A stretch of DNA of 64,000 nt from the NCBI GenBank assembly GCA_964016885.1, contig OZ024750.1, positions 33,728,001-33,792,000 on the forward strand. The letters run 5' to 3'. The notes beneath the pieces are model-generated. The model did not search any database. It was not told the DNA's origin and saw nothing but the letters and a program-made list of their open reading frames with translations. Position numbers and translations under genes: made by a program. Shown one piece after another: positions 35,731 to 47,319 of the stretch. The stretch's first letter is position 1; each line of letters begins with the position of its first letter. Source of the stretch: Eledone cirrhosa (Eukaryota).

Positions 35731-35880
35731 TTTTTAAAAAAATTCATGTTAGAGGTTCACAGGATTTAAAATTGTGATGTCCAAAAGGTTGGCGGCCACT
35801 GCACTAGATAGATTAACTATATCTTGTATTTATCAGGCTACAGTTTTTTTCTGGTTAGTTTCTCTATCACATTATTATGT

Positions 35881-36073
35881 AGCGGTGAATTGGCAGTATC
35901 GGTAGAGGGTCGAACGCCATGCTTTGACGCATAGAGTTACGGCCCTTGCCATTCTGAGTTCAAATCTCGCCGAGGTTAACTTTGCCTTTCATCCTTACGG
36001 GGTCGATAAAATAAAGTACCAGTAATGTACTGGGTAATTGCTGGCCTTGTGCCAATAGTAGAAACAATTATTA
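35881..36073 (+). mobile_element. SINE A, ~50 bp upstream of PEBP exon 4
   Basis: Matches the family consensus. Confidence 0.8.
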
Positions 36074-36126
36074 TGTAGTATCTCAATTCATTTGTCTAAA
36101 TTATTTTCATTTTCTTCAATTTTCAG

Positions 36127-36347
36127 GTTATCATCGTTATGTGTTTATGATATTCAAGCAGTCAAAGGGAAGAATGGATTTCAAGGCAGAAAGGAAGATT
36201 AATAACCGTACTTCAGAGGGTCGCAAAGCCTACAATTTGATGGAATTTGCAAGGAAACATTCTCTTGTTGAACCAGTTTATGGTAATTTCTTCCAGTCGG
36301 AATGGGATGATTATGTTCCCAAGCTTTACGAACAAATGAAGATGTAG
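36127..36347 (+). CDS. PEBP: O-crystallin / PEBP-family protein, terminal exon 4 (GYHRYVFMIFKQ...GNFFQSEWDDYVPKLYEQMKM*)
   Basis: TTTTCAG acceptor, GxHRY motif and PEBP C-terminal GNFFQSEWDDYVPKLY. TAG stop. Confidence 0.96.
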
Positions 36348-36400
36348 GAGAAAAAAATACTCCAAAAATGTTGGATTTCCAAAACTAAATATATATATAT

Positions 36401-36517
36401 AATAAAAACTCTTTCAGATGAATTATAAATCTTAACGCTATAATATTTTCCACTGGAAATTTCAACAATTTGTAAAATGTAAGGAATATATTTCCATTTC
36501 TTTTCTTGCAAAATAAA
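36401..36517 (+). terminator. Candidate polyadenylation signals of the PEBP gene
   Basis: AATAAA at 36401 and 36512. The second is followed by a T/GT-rich tract. Confidence 0.55.
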
Positions 36518-36814
36518 ATCTAATACCTTGTTTTATTGAATTTATGTGGTTATTCCCTTCTTTATCAACTCAGTATATAACTGCTATTTTATTCTATCAA
36601 CCCCTGGAGCATGAAATACAGAATTCATTTAGATGAAGTTCCAGATAGATAGAAGAGCACAAGTAAAGATGGCAACCCCTATGTTGTCTTTTGACCTGCT
36701 ATAAATAACAGCCAAATCTCCCTCAAACCATATACTAATGTCTTAAGAGTGACTAGGACACATTAAATACAACTCTCTTCAGTTGAGATGATCATGTGAC
36801 AGCTTCTCTAATAT

Positions 36815-37137
36815 TGGTGTCATGATATAATACACCCAGTACACTCTGTAAAGTGGTAGTACTGATGCCATGTTATAACACATCCAGTACACTCTGTAAA
36901 GTGGTAGTGCTGGTGCCATGATATAACACACCCAGTACACTCTGTAAAGTGGTAGTGCTGGTGTCATGATATAATGCACCCAGTACACTCTGTAAAGTGG
37001 TAGTGTTGGTGTCATGATATAATACATCCAGTACACTCTGTAAAGTCGTAGTTCTGGTGTCATATAATGTACCCAGTACACTCTGTAAAGTGGTAGTTCT
37101 GGTGCCATGATAAAATGCACCCAGTCCACTCTGTAAA
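36815..37137. repeat. 48-bp minisatellite (CCAGTACACTCTGTAAAGTGGTAG...)
   Basis: CAGT ends at 36840 and 36888, and the period continues. Confidence 0.9.
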
Positions 37138-37282
37138 ATAGTTGTTGTTGCTGCTGCTGCTGTTGGTGTTGTTGTTGTTGCTGTTCTTAATATTGTTGTT
37201 GGTGGTTATGTGAGTAAATTTATTAACTTTCTCTATTCCTCTAATTAATCTACCTGATCTAATTAACCTTTAAAATCACCCC

Positions 37283-37735
37283 CAAACCATCCCAAACCAA
37301 CCTAAACCACACCAAACCACTCTAAACCACACCAAACCACTCTAAACCACACTAAATCACCCTAAACCATATAGTGTGGTATGGTATGGTATAGTATGTT
37401 ATGGAATGGTATGGTATGGTATGGTATAGTGTGGTATGGTGTGGTATGGTATGGTATAGTATGGTATGGTATGGTATGGTATAGTATGGTATGGTGTGGT
37501 ATGGTATGATATAGTATGGTGTGGTATGGTATGGTATGGTATGGTGTGGTATGGTATAGTATGGTATGGTGTGGTATGATATGGAATAGTATGGTATGGT
37601 ATAGTATAGTATGGTATGGTATAGTATGGTATGATATAGTATGGTGTGGTATGGTATAGTATGGTATGTTATGGTATAGTATGGTATGGTATGGTATGGT
37701 ATAGTATAGTATGGTATGGTATAGTATGGTATGGT
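37283..37735. repeat. (AAACC)-like then (TGGTA)n pentamer repeats
   Basis: Seen directly in the sequence. Confidence 0.92.
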
Positions 37736-38174
37736 CCTGTAACTTCTGATGGAGTTGTAAAGATGCCATATTAATATATGGCATTTCTCGGCCATGTTTT
37801 AATCCTGGCAGAGCCCATCCCTCTCCAGGACTGAACACAGCAGATTTCTTCCAGAGAAGGATAGAAAATGAGAGAGGAAGTTAGAAAGAGATACTGGGTG
37901 AAAAGTAAATTTGACCTCAGTGAGATTTGAACTCAGAGAGTTGGAATAAATACCACAAAGCATTCTATCTGACATTCTAAGGAGTCTACCAATTTTCTAC
38001 CTAAAAATGTTTAGGAATAGTTAATATACCAAAATAGCAGTAATTATCTTGATTCTCATCAATAATCTTAATGTTTAATGGCCCACTTAGGCTGTCAATA
38101 TACATATACACATATATATATATATATAGATATAGATATACACATATATATATATATATAGATATAGATATACA

Positions 38175-38286
38175 ATGATATTAAATATATGGAAACTATA
38201 TTTATAAAAACCATATTTATTCTATCATGAATCAGTTATAAACATTTATATTTGTTGGATCTCCAACAAATTAAATATCCCTTCTA

Positions 38287-38348
<62 letters not shown>

Positions 38349-38620
38349 TATATCCAGTGAATTTCTGACCGTTAAGGTTGATTTCCATGGGTATGTCATT
38401 ATTTATAAAACAAATTTTGTATTTTATCTGATGAAAGCGCACCAAAATGGCTTGGTCGCCCTTGAAATATATATAATAAAATAAATATGGTTTTATAAAT
38501 ATAGTTTCCATTTATTAATATCTTGGAATATTTACTCCAGTAATCTGTTGAGTGCTCTATATCAGTTATAAACATTTATGTTTGTCGGAATTCCAACAAA
38601 TTAAATATAACTTCTACATA
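38175..38620. mobile_element. Family II HHR element (partial inverted piece + tail, then a fuller copy)
   Basis: Shares GGAAACTATATTTATAAAA and ATCAGTTATAAA..CCAACAA with 27872-28300. Confidence 0.65.
38420..38483 (+). ncRNA. Minimal hammerhead ribozyme, family II (diverged copy)
   Basis: TATTTTAT-CTGATGA-aagcgcaccaa..ttggtcgccctt-GAAA-TATATA-TA^ATAAAATA, with a perfect 8-bp stem I. Confidence 0.78.
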
Positions 38621-39660
38621 TATATATATATATATATATACATTTATTAAAATAACAGATTAAAGTTTAAGCAAAGAATCGCTGCTTTCACCCTTAATGG
38701 GATCTTCTGAAACTAACAAAGTCAATCTGTAAACGCAGAACTGGATATTTCAAAAAACGTTGCAACTGGAGGAAGACAGGAAGACAATACTTTGGTACGT
38801 GGAAACGTTCGCTGGCAAAGAACGGGAAAAAACGCATAATACGTCATTAATAGGAGCGGTGAAAAACAATTACGCGCAAAGACAGAACCACGTTTATGGT
38901 ATAAAAGAGGTCGTAGACTAATGTTCTCTTAGGTGGTGCATAGAGACGTTCTCTGGCAATGAACGAAAAAACGAAGATAATACGTCAATGTGGAGCGTAG
39001 AGAACAATAGCACGCAAAGACAAAACCACGTAAATGGTATAGCAGAAGTCGTAGACTAAAATTCTAACTAGGAGACCAAATGAATCTCCGCTACAGAGTT
39101 AAGAACAAAGTAAATAAATACAATACAGAAGTAATAGAAGTAATAGAAATAAATAAATACATACACGCAAACAAATACGTACATACACAAGCATACGCAA
39201 AACCTTACCATAGGTATACAAAACCACGAACATATAAATATGTGTGTGTGTGTATGCGTGTATACAAATAAATAATTATATAAACGTATATATATAAATA
39301 AATACATACGTATATAACAAGCGCACACACATACCTACATATAAATACATGAATGTTCGGAGACATAAGTCAACTAAAACAAGAAATACACATATACACA
39401 CACCCACCATACGTACGAACCTGCATACTCACACACAGACGCAAAACTCCCGTATTCACATAGCCAAACCCTATGTACCAGAATATATAAAAAATTATAC
39501 GCCATAACAATCAAATATACGTACGAGAAGGTATACATACCTTCACAAAACATACGGGTAATATATACTTACCTATGCAAATAAGTAAAGGAATAAACAA
39601 AACATATACTTAGCTCCCACATCAAGACGTAAAATATCCACGTATAGATCGTACTATCCG

Positions 39661-39713
<53 letters not shown>

Positions 39714-40145
39714 AGTTTGTGGTTGATATTTCATGAATTTTATGATTCTTATTGTCTTATTATCTTCATTAGTTCAAAATAAATTGATTAAGTTCTACAG
39801 TTGAATTTAATTATAATTACTTTGAAGTAAATAATAGGTAATAAATTCTCTCCCGTTCCCCATGTCTCAAGTAAGTAAATAGATAAACCAATCAAATTGA
39901 CACTTGTATCATCTGGTGCCATAATAGAATGGGGGGAATGTATGTAAAGGGCCTGAAACCCCATCCATCCCCCAGCCAGTCTGAGAAGGTCAGTAACTGT
40001 GTATTCTTGCCATAATAGAATGGGGGGAATGTATGTAAAGGAGATGTCAACCGCCAGCCTGTCTCAGGTCAGGAGCTCTGTTTATGTACTGACTTAGTCT
40101 GTTAAGACCCGTCGAACCCATGCTAGCAAGGAAACTGGACCTTAA

Positions 40146-40560
40146 CCCTTTACCATTTACATTATTCTATATTTGTGGATTGGCAGTATCGGTAGAGGGT
40201 CGGACGCCATGCTTTCCAGCATAGTTACGTCCCTTTACGATCTGAGTTCAAATCCCGCCGAGGTTGACTTTGCCTTTCATCCTTACGGGGTCGATAAAAT
40301 AAAGTACCAGTAATGCACTGGGTAATTTGCTGGCCTTGTGCCAAAAGTAGAAACAATTATTCTATATTTACTATTGTATTTTTGTGGTAAACGCTTTACC
40401 TCACACAATATCTCACATAATATCGAATCTATGAGATTTTGATATTATTTATTTTGAGAACAATACCTTAACATAAGTATGAGCAACCAGTTACAGCCGG
40501 TTTGAACTGAAAGTGGTGAGAGAATTCTGACTGGATACGTTCGGTTTAAAGGCTAAAGGG
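40146..40560. mobile_element. piggyBac-type MITE interrupted by SINE A (~40174-40360)
   Basis: TTAA at both ends and CCCTTTA TIRs. Confidence 0.75.
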
Positions 40561-40564
40561 TTAA

Positions 40565-41092
40565 ATGATGATGATGATGATGATGATGATGATTGGAGCT
40601 CTGGACTCTGAATACTGGTCTCTGATTTTGATCAGGCAAACGACAACAACCTGAGACAGGAACAGTCTCATACACAAGAAGATGAGGATGGGTGTGATGA
40701 TGATGATGATGGAGGTGATGATGACAATGATGATGATGATAATGATGATGATAATAATGATGTTGATGATGATGATGTTGATGATGATGATGTTGATGAT
40801 AATGATGTTGATGATAATGATGATGATAATGATGATGATGTTGATGATAATGATGATGATGTTGATGATAATGATGATGATAATGATGATGATGATGATG
40901 ATGATAACGATGATGATGATAACGACGATGATGATGATAACGATGATGATGATGATGACGATGTTGATGATCATGATAACGATGATGATGATGATGATGA
41001 TGATGATAACGATGATGGTGTTGATGATGATGATGATGATGATGATGATCATGATCATGATGATAACGATGATGATAATGATGATAATGATA

Positions 41093-41130
<38 letters not shown>
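40565..41130. repeat. (GAT)n imperfect microsatellite
   Basis: Seen directly in the sequence. Confidence 0.92.
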
Positions 41131-41567
41131 ATTATATTTATATTTACTTTTTTTTTAATAATTGAACTTATTCTTTGTTTACTAAACCAAGAATCGTGCC
41201 AGTCACTGGTGACAATGCTTTAATTAATTCAAGTCGTTATCTACCTCGTTATAATATATATATTTTTACATACCTCATTACTACCAAACTTTCAGACCAG
41301 ACTTCATACTGCTCATATTTAGTCAGGTATTCCGTATTAACTAAATTTTACTAGTGTCACACTAATTACACAGCTGTCTACTTTAGTCTGTCAAGTCTCT
41401 AATTACTTGCATTAATTACTTCATTAATTGAGTCACTACAAATGAGCTGTCTGTCTGTATGTATGTCTATATGTATGTAATTATGTATATATTATGTATG
41501 TTTGTGTGTCTGTCTGTATGTATGTATGTATGTATGTGTGTATGTAAGTCTCCAACAATAAAATATT

Positions 41568-41898
41568 TGACCCAAAATCTTATAAGTGACCCCTGTAGAG
41601 ATATAAAAGTAGAAATGACCCAAAGTCTTATAACCTGTAAATATATAAACGTAGATATGACCCAAAATCTTATAAGTGACCCCTCTATACATATAAAAGT
41701 AGAAATGACCCAAAATCTTATAAGTGACCCCTGTAGACATATAAAAGTAGAAATGACCCAAAATCTTATAAGTGACCCCTCTAGACATATAAAAGTAGAA
41801 ATGACCCAAAATGTTATAAGTGACCACTCTAGACATATAAAAGCAGAAATGACCCAAAATCTTAAAAGTGACCCCTGTAAACCCCTAAAAGTAGAAAC
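41568..41898. repeat. 48-bp minisatellite (ATGACCCAAAATCTTATAAGTGACCCC...)
   Basis: Seen directly in the sequence. Confidence 0.92.
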
Positions 41899-42380
41899 TA
41901 TGATGCCATTATCCATATTAAAAGTCTGAGGATCCACTGTAAAACTGTAAAACTGTTATTTTCAGATTATGGAAAATTATAAAAACAGAAATACAACTGG
42001 TGCCAGACTAACACAACTGTTTCTAACTGGCTTACTTATCACAGAGTTAACAACAGCAACTACTACAACAACAGCAACAGCAACAACAGCAGATGCAGCA
42101 GCAACAACAGCAGCAACAACAACAACAACAACAGCAACAACAACAGCAAATTGATAAATTCTGTATTAATATATTACAGAGTTAACAACAACAGCAACAA
42201 CAACAACAGGCATATTCTAGTTAATACAACAAAACAAAAACAACCACAACAACAACCACAACAGCAACAGTAGCAACAACAAACAATCACAACAACAGCA
42301 ACAACAACAACTAACATATCCTAATTAAAACAACCACAACAACAACCACAACAGCAGTAACAACAACAAACAACAACTAA

Positions 42381-42728
42381 CATTCATTTCATTCATTCAT
42401 TTCATTTTACGTCCACTTTTTCCCTGCTTGCAAGGGTGGGACGGGAACTGATTCTGGCTTGATTTCTACAGCTGGATGCCCTTCCTAACATCAACCTCAT
42501 TTACAGTGAGTGTTGGGTGCTTTTTTGCCGTGGCACCTCCACGACCACTTTGCAGTGGAATGATAGGGACCCTAGTCCCTATCATCTCATTTCTACAGCT
42601 GAGTAAACTGGAGCAATGTGAAATAAAGTGTCTTGCTCAAGGAAACAACACATCACCCGGTCTAAGAATTGAACTCACAACCTTTCGATTGCAAGGCCAA
42701 TGCTCTAACCACTAAGTCATGTGCCTCC
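42381..42728 (-). mobile_element. SINE B
   Basis: Full-length copy. Confidence 0.85.
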
Positions 42729-42804
42729 ATATAATATTAAAACAACCACAACAACAACAAGATATATTCTATATCAATATAGTATACCTCCCATGACTTT
42801 CGGA

Positions 42805-43085
42805 AACATTTTTTTCACACTCAGAGTTGCTGAAGTATGGAACAAACTACCAGCAATGGTTGTTAGCTGTCGGGACACTGCATCCTTCAAAACTTCCATG
42901 CACTACACTACACCTGATATTCCCTCTCCATACACATGCACACATGTGTCTATGTGTATATCATGACTCATACACTGTTCACTTTCCTGACATTTGTACG
43001 TTATTCTATTTACTATACATACACCTTTGATGAGTTGTAGTGCACCTGAGCACTGTACACAATAATTTTCATTATCATTATTATT
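42805..43085 (+). mobile_element. CR1-like LINE 3' end
   Basis: Encodes FFTLRVAEVWNKLP...FK, typical of the CR1 ORF2 C-terminus. (ATT)n tail. Confidence 0.7.
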
Positions 43086-43087
43086 AA

Positions 43088-43684
43088 GGGCGGTGGATTG
43101 GCAGTATCGGTAGAGGGTCGGACGCCATGCTTTCCAGCATAGTTACGTCCCTTTACGATCTGAGTTCAAATCTCGCCGAGGTTGACTTTGCTTTTCATCC
43201 TTACGGGGTCGATAAAATAAAGTACCAGTAATGCACTGGGTAATTGCTGGCCTTGTGCCTAAAGTAGAAACAATTATTATTAAGGGCGGTGGGTTGGCAG
43301 TATCGGTAGAGGGTCGGACGCCATGCTTTGAAGCAGAGAGTTACGGCCCTTGCCATTTTGAGTTCAAATCCCGCCGAGGTTAACTTTGCCTTTCATCCTT
43401 ACGGGATCGATAAATTAAAGTACCAGTAATGCACTGGGTAATTGCTGGCCTTGTGCCTAAAGTAGAAACAATTATTATTAAGGGCGGTGGATTGGCAGTA
43501 TCGGTAGAGGGTCGGACGCCATGCTTTGCAGCAAAGAATTACGGCCCTTTATGGTCTGAGTTCAAATCCTGCCGAGGTTAACTTTGCCTTTCATTCTTAC
43601 GGGGTTGATGAAATAAAGTACCTGTAATGCACTGGGATAATTGCTGGCCTTGTGCCGAAAGTAGAAATAATAATTATTATTATT
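43088..43684 (+). mobile_element. Three head-to-tail SINE A copies
   Basis: GGGCGGTGG starts at 43088, 43284 and 43482. Confidence 0.88.
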
Positions 43685-43917
43685 ATCTATATATAAATTT
43701 CTGCGACTCTGTTACAACAGGTAAAGAGGGAGGAGTAGTTTCACTACCTCATACTACTCCTCTCTCTTTACATCTGCTGCCTGCGTGAATGTATGGAAAA
43801 TGTATGTGTGTGTGTGTGTTTGTGTGAATGTATGTGTATTTCTGTGAATGTATGTCTGTGAGTGTGATTTTTGTGTCTGTGTTTGCACCTTTATATTTAT
43901 ATATTCATACATATAAA

Positions 43918-44281
43918 TGTTACACACTAGTTATTCATGTCACATACTACCAAGTCATGTTACACACTAGCAAGTCCCGTTACACACTAGCAAGTCATGT
44001 TACACACTAGTAAATCATGGCACACACTAACAAGTCATGTTACACACTAGCAAGTCATGTTACACACAAACATGTCATGTTACACACTAACAAGTCATGT
44101 TACACACTAACAAGTCATGTTACACACTACCAAGTCATGTTAAACACTAACAAGTCATGTTACACACTACCAAGTCATGTTAAACACTAACAAGTCATGT
44201 TACACACTAACAAGTCCTGTTACACACTAGCAAGTCATGTTACACACTAACAAGTCATGTTACACACTAGCAAGTCCTGTT
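43918..44281. repeat. 20-bp minisatellite TACACACTAACAAGTCATGT
   Basis: Seen directly in the sequence. Confidence 0.93.
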
Positions 44282-45517
44282 TAGTAACAAATGACTGTTA
44301 TAATCTAATGTCAACCCATCGTATGATGATATCTCAATGAGGTCAGTGGGCTGGAATAATCGGTAGAGCACCAGATAACATGCTTTGCAGCATATAGTTA
44401 CGTCCCTTTATGTTCTGAGTTCAAATCCTGCTTTGTGTTTCATCCTCAGGGGGTTGATAAAATAAAGTATCAGTAACTCACTGAGGTTGATTTAATCTAC
44501 TTTCCCCTCCCCCAAAATTGTTGGCCTTGTGCTTAAATCAGAAACCATTAAAAGGAGGTGGATTGGCAGAATCGGTAGAGCGTCGGCACCATGCTTTGTA
44601 GCATATAGTTACGTCCCTTTATGTTCCGAGTTCAAATCCTGCTTTGTGTTTCATCCTCACGGATGCTGAGTTCAAATTCCACCGTGATTAGCTATGCCTT
44701 TCATCCTTACAGGGTCGATAAAATAAAGAATGAGTAATGCTTTGTGCCATAGTTACGTCCCTTTATGCTTCAAATCCTGACATGGTTAACTTTGCCTTGC
44801 ATCCCTATGGGGTCGATAAAATAAAGTACCAGTAATGTACTGGGGTCAATTTAATCAAGTTCTCTCAAATCTTGTTCACCTTGTACTTAAATCCCAAGCT
44901 ATTATTTCAATAAGTTACAAACATTAATAATATAAATTTTGTTTTGTTCTCATCAATATATAGTTAATTAAACAATATATAATTTAATGGGTTTTTTCTA
45001 TAGATTTTAATCAAATCTTCCAGTCAAACAACTCTTCTCCAATTACTCATTGAATACCTACACAGGGATCCTCTCTTGAGAATGGGTTTTTAAACCCGAA
45101 AATATTTGAGATAAATAAATTTGCTAAGGTAAAATTCAACCATCTTCACTCTTTCCTCTATAACTCTTATTACCTTGGCACTTTTAATCTTGCATTATAG
45201 GGATTTCAGATATTTAAACATATTTAAATTTGTATTTCCTATTCCACAATGATTCAAGCAAACTACAACACTTTGTAATAGATATTTGATTTCTCCTACA
45301 TTTCACCTGCAGCTCCTTTTAATCTATTATAATTAATCATCATCATCATCATTTTACGTCCACTTTTCCCTGCTTGCAAGGAATGTTTATTTATATTCAA
45401 ATATTTTGGCAATATTGAAAAAATTATTTTAATATCAACTAATTACATAAAAGTAATCAATGTACTTTTTCATTCTTAAATGAGCTATACATAATATATA
45501 TAATGATTATATATATA

Positions 45518-46087
45518 TCATCATCATCATCGTTTAACGTCCATATTCCACGCTTGCATGGGTTTGGACGGGAGTTTTCCCACTTGAGGCAAAAGTGGTT
45601 GTCTTGCTCGCATAGGACTCTCTGGCGGGTTTTCTACGGCTGGATGCCCTTCCTAACACCAACCACATTTACAGTGTGGAACTGGGAGGTTTGTACCGTG
45701 TTACCTACACGGCCACATTACAGCGTGGACTGTGTTTTTTTGTCGTGACACCTACACAACCTCATTTGTTTCGGGCTGGATGTTGTGGTACCAACATAAC
45801 TTTACATTGAAAGGGATGGTGTGGATGGGGTGGGGGTAGTGGGACGGGGGTGTATTTTGTTAGAGGTGCCTACTGACTGTAGTAGGTTTCACTTTGTACT
45901 TAGGTAAGGCGGGTCTTCTCTATTACTGTGTAGCGCCAAAGATCTCGGTCCAGTGACATTGTCTTGGAGAGGTCGGAATTTATCAAGTCGTCCCAGGTTT
46001 TTCTGGGTCTGCCTACTCCGTGGCTATCGTCTATTTTTATTGCCCTGTACTTTTTTATACAGCTGTCGTCTTTCATGCGCATCACAT
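45518..46087 (-). mobile_element. RTE LINE 3' fragment
   Basis: Matches 13938-14530 and encodes GRPRKTW...DRDLWRY. Confidence 0.88.
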
Positions 46088-46458
46088 TTTGTATTTGTTT
46101 TACAAGGTTCATGATGTGAAATCAAGTATTCAAACAGATATTGTTATACTTTGGTAGGGTCATGCTGCTAATAAAAACACATGCACCATTTGATGTTTCA
46201 CTTCAGTTTATTATTAGTTAAGTACCTAATCCATTCATTGGTTGGTTTAGTGACCATGTGATTTTCGTCACACATCCTGTGACCTTCTCAATGACTATTC
46301 TTGCTCATGTGCTTCCTTCTTGTTCTATTTACTCCATATATATGCGTATATATATGCATATATACATATATATGCACACACACATATATATATATATGAA
46401 TATATCTGTATCTATATATATATATATCTGTATCTATATATATATATATATATATATA

Positions 46459-47319
46459 CAGGGTGCAGACGATATTTGTTCGCAAGATTACTGTCCAGGA
46501 AAAAGTAACACAGTAGTTTTATTTTTTAAGATATATTTATCAAACTTGGGTCAGTTTGTCTTCATGACTTGTTCTTTCCATCTCACTCGATAAACCCGCC
46601 ATTGGCTTTGATGACGGCCTCAAAACCGGCTACAGGCCTTCATCACTGTCCCCCGACTTAGGCCCCTAAAGGCACTTGTGATCCTGGCCTTCAGATCGTC
46701 TTTCGTATTGCAGCTAGATCTGTTGGTGTCTCGTTCCACTGCACCCCACACAAAGTCGAGGGGGTTGCAGTCAGGCGAGCTGGGAGGCCAGATGTCAGGT
46801 GAAGTGTGGTCGACGAAGTTCTCTGACAGCCAGGCTTGGGTCTTTCGGCTGGTATGGCAGGGCGCTGAGTCTTGCTGCCACATGTACTGCCTACCTGCAG
46901 CTACCTGGTCGATCCAGGGCTTTACTACCTCGCTCAGAACGCGGATGTAGCCATCGGTGTTCAGCTTGAGGCCCTCAGGGAAGTGAGGTGGCATGACGTC
47001 ACCTTGACTGCTGACGAGACCTAAGACCAATGTTGTCGCTGGAAACTTTGTCTGCATGACTCTGGGCACATCTTTGGATAAGACAGCGAGCCACCTGTTG
47101 TTCTGGGTCTTATTTGTCCTCCGGCGCGGATTCCAAGAAGAACTCTGTGTCTCTTCCACAAATTTGGAGGTTCAAAATTATTCATAATCAATTATTCTGA
47201 AAATAAATAATGGAAATATAGTCACTGTTTTTATGAAGACAAGAGTGACAACGGAAGTAAAAAAAAATTTTCACAAAATTACCAGTTGAAAATTGCGAAC
47301 AAATATCGTCCGCACCCTG
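46459..47319 (-). mobile_element. Tc1/mariner DD37D (maT-type) transposon, internally deleted
   Basis: 27-bp TIRs CAGGGTGCAGACGATATTTGTTCGCAA (1 mismatch) and TA flanks. ORF 46620-47159 has QQDSAPCH...WPPSSPDCNPLD with 37 residues between the Asps. Confidence 0.92.

Larger units (their letters stand above)
34167..35801. mobile_element. hAT (Charlie-like) non-autonomous element with nested insertions
   Basis: Imperfect TIRs CAGCAGTCACCAAC / GTTGGCGGCCACTG and 8-bp TSD CACTAGGT / CACTAGAT. Confidence 0.65.
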
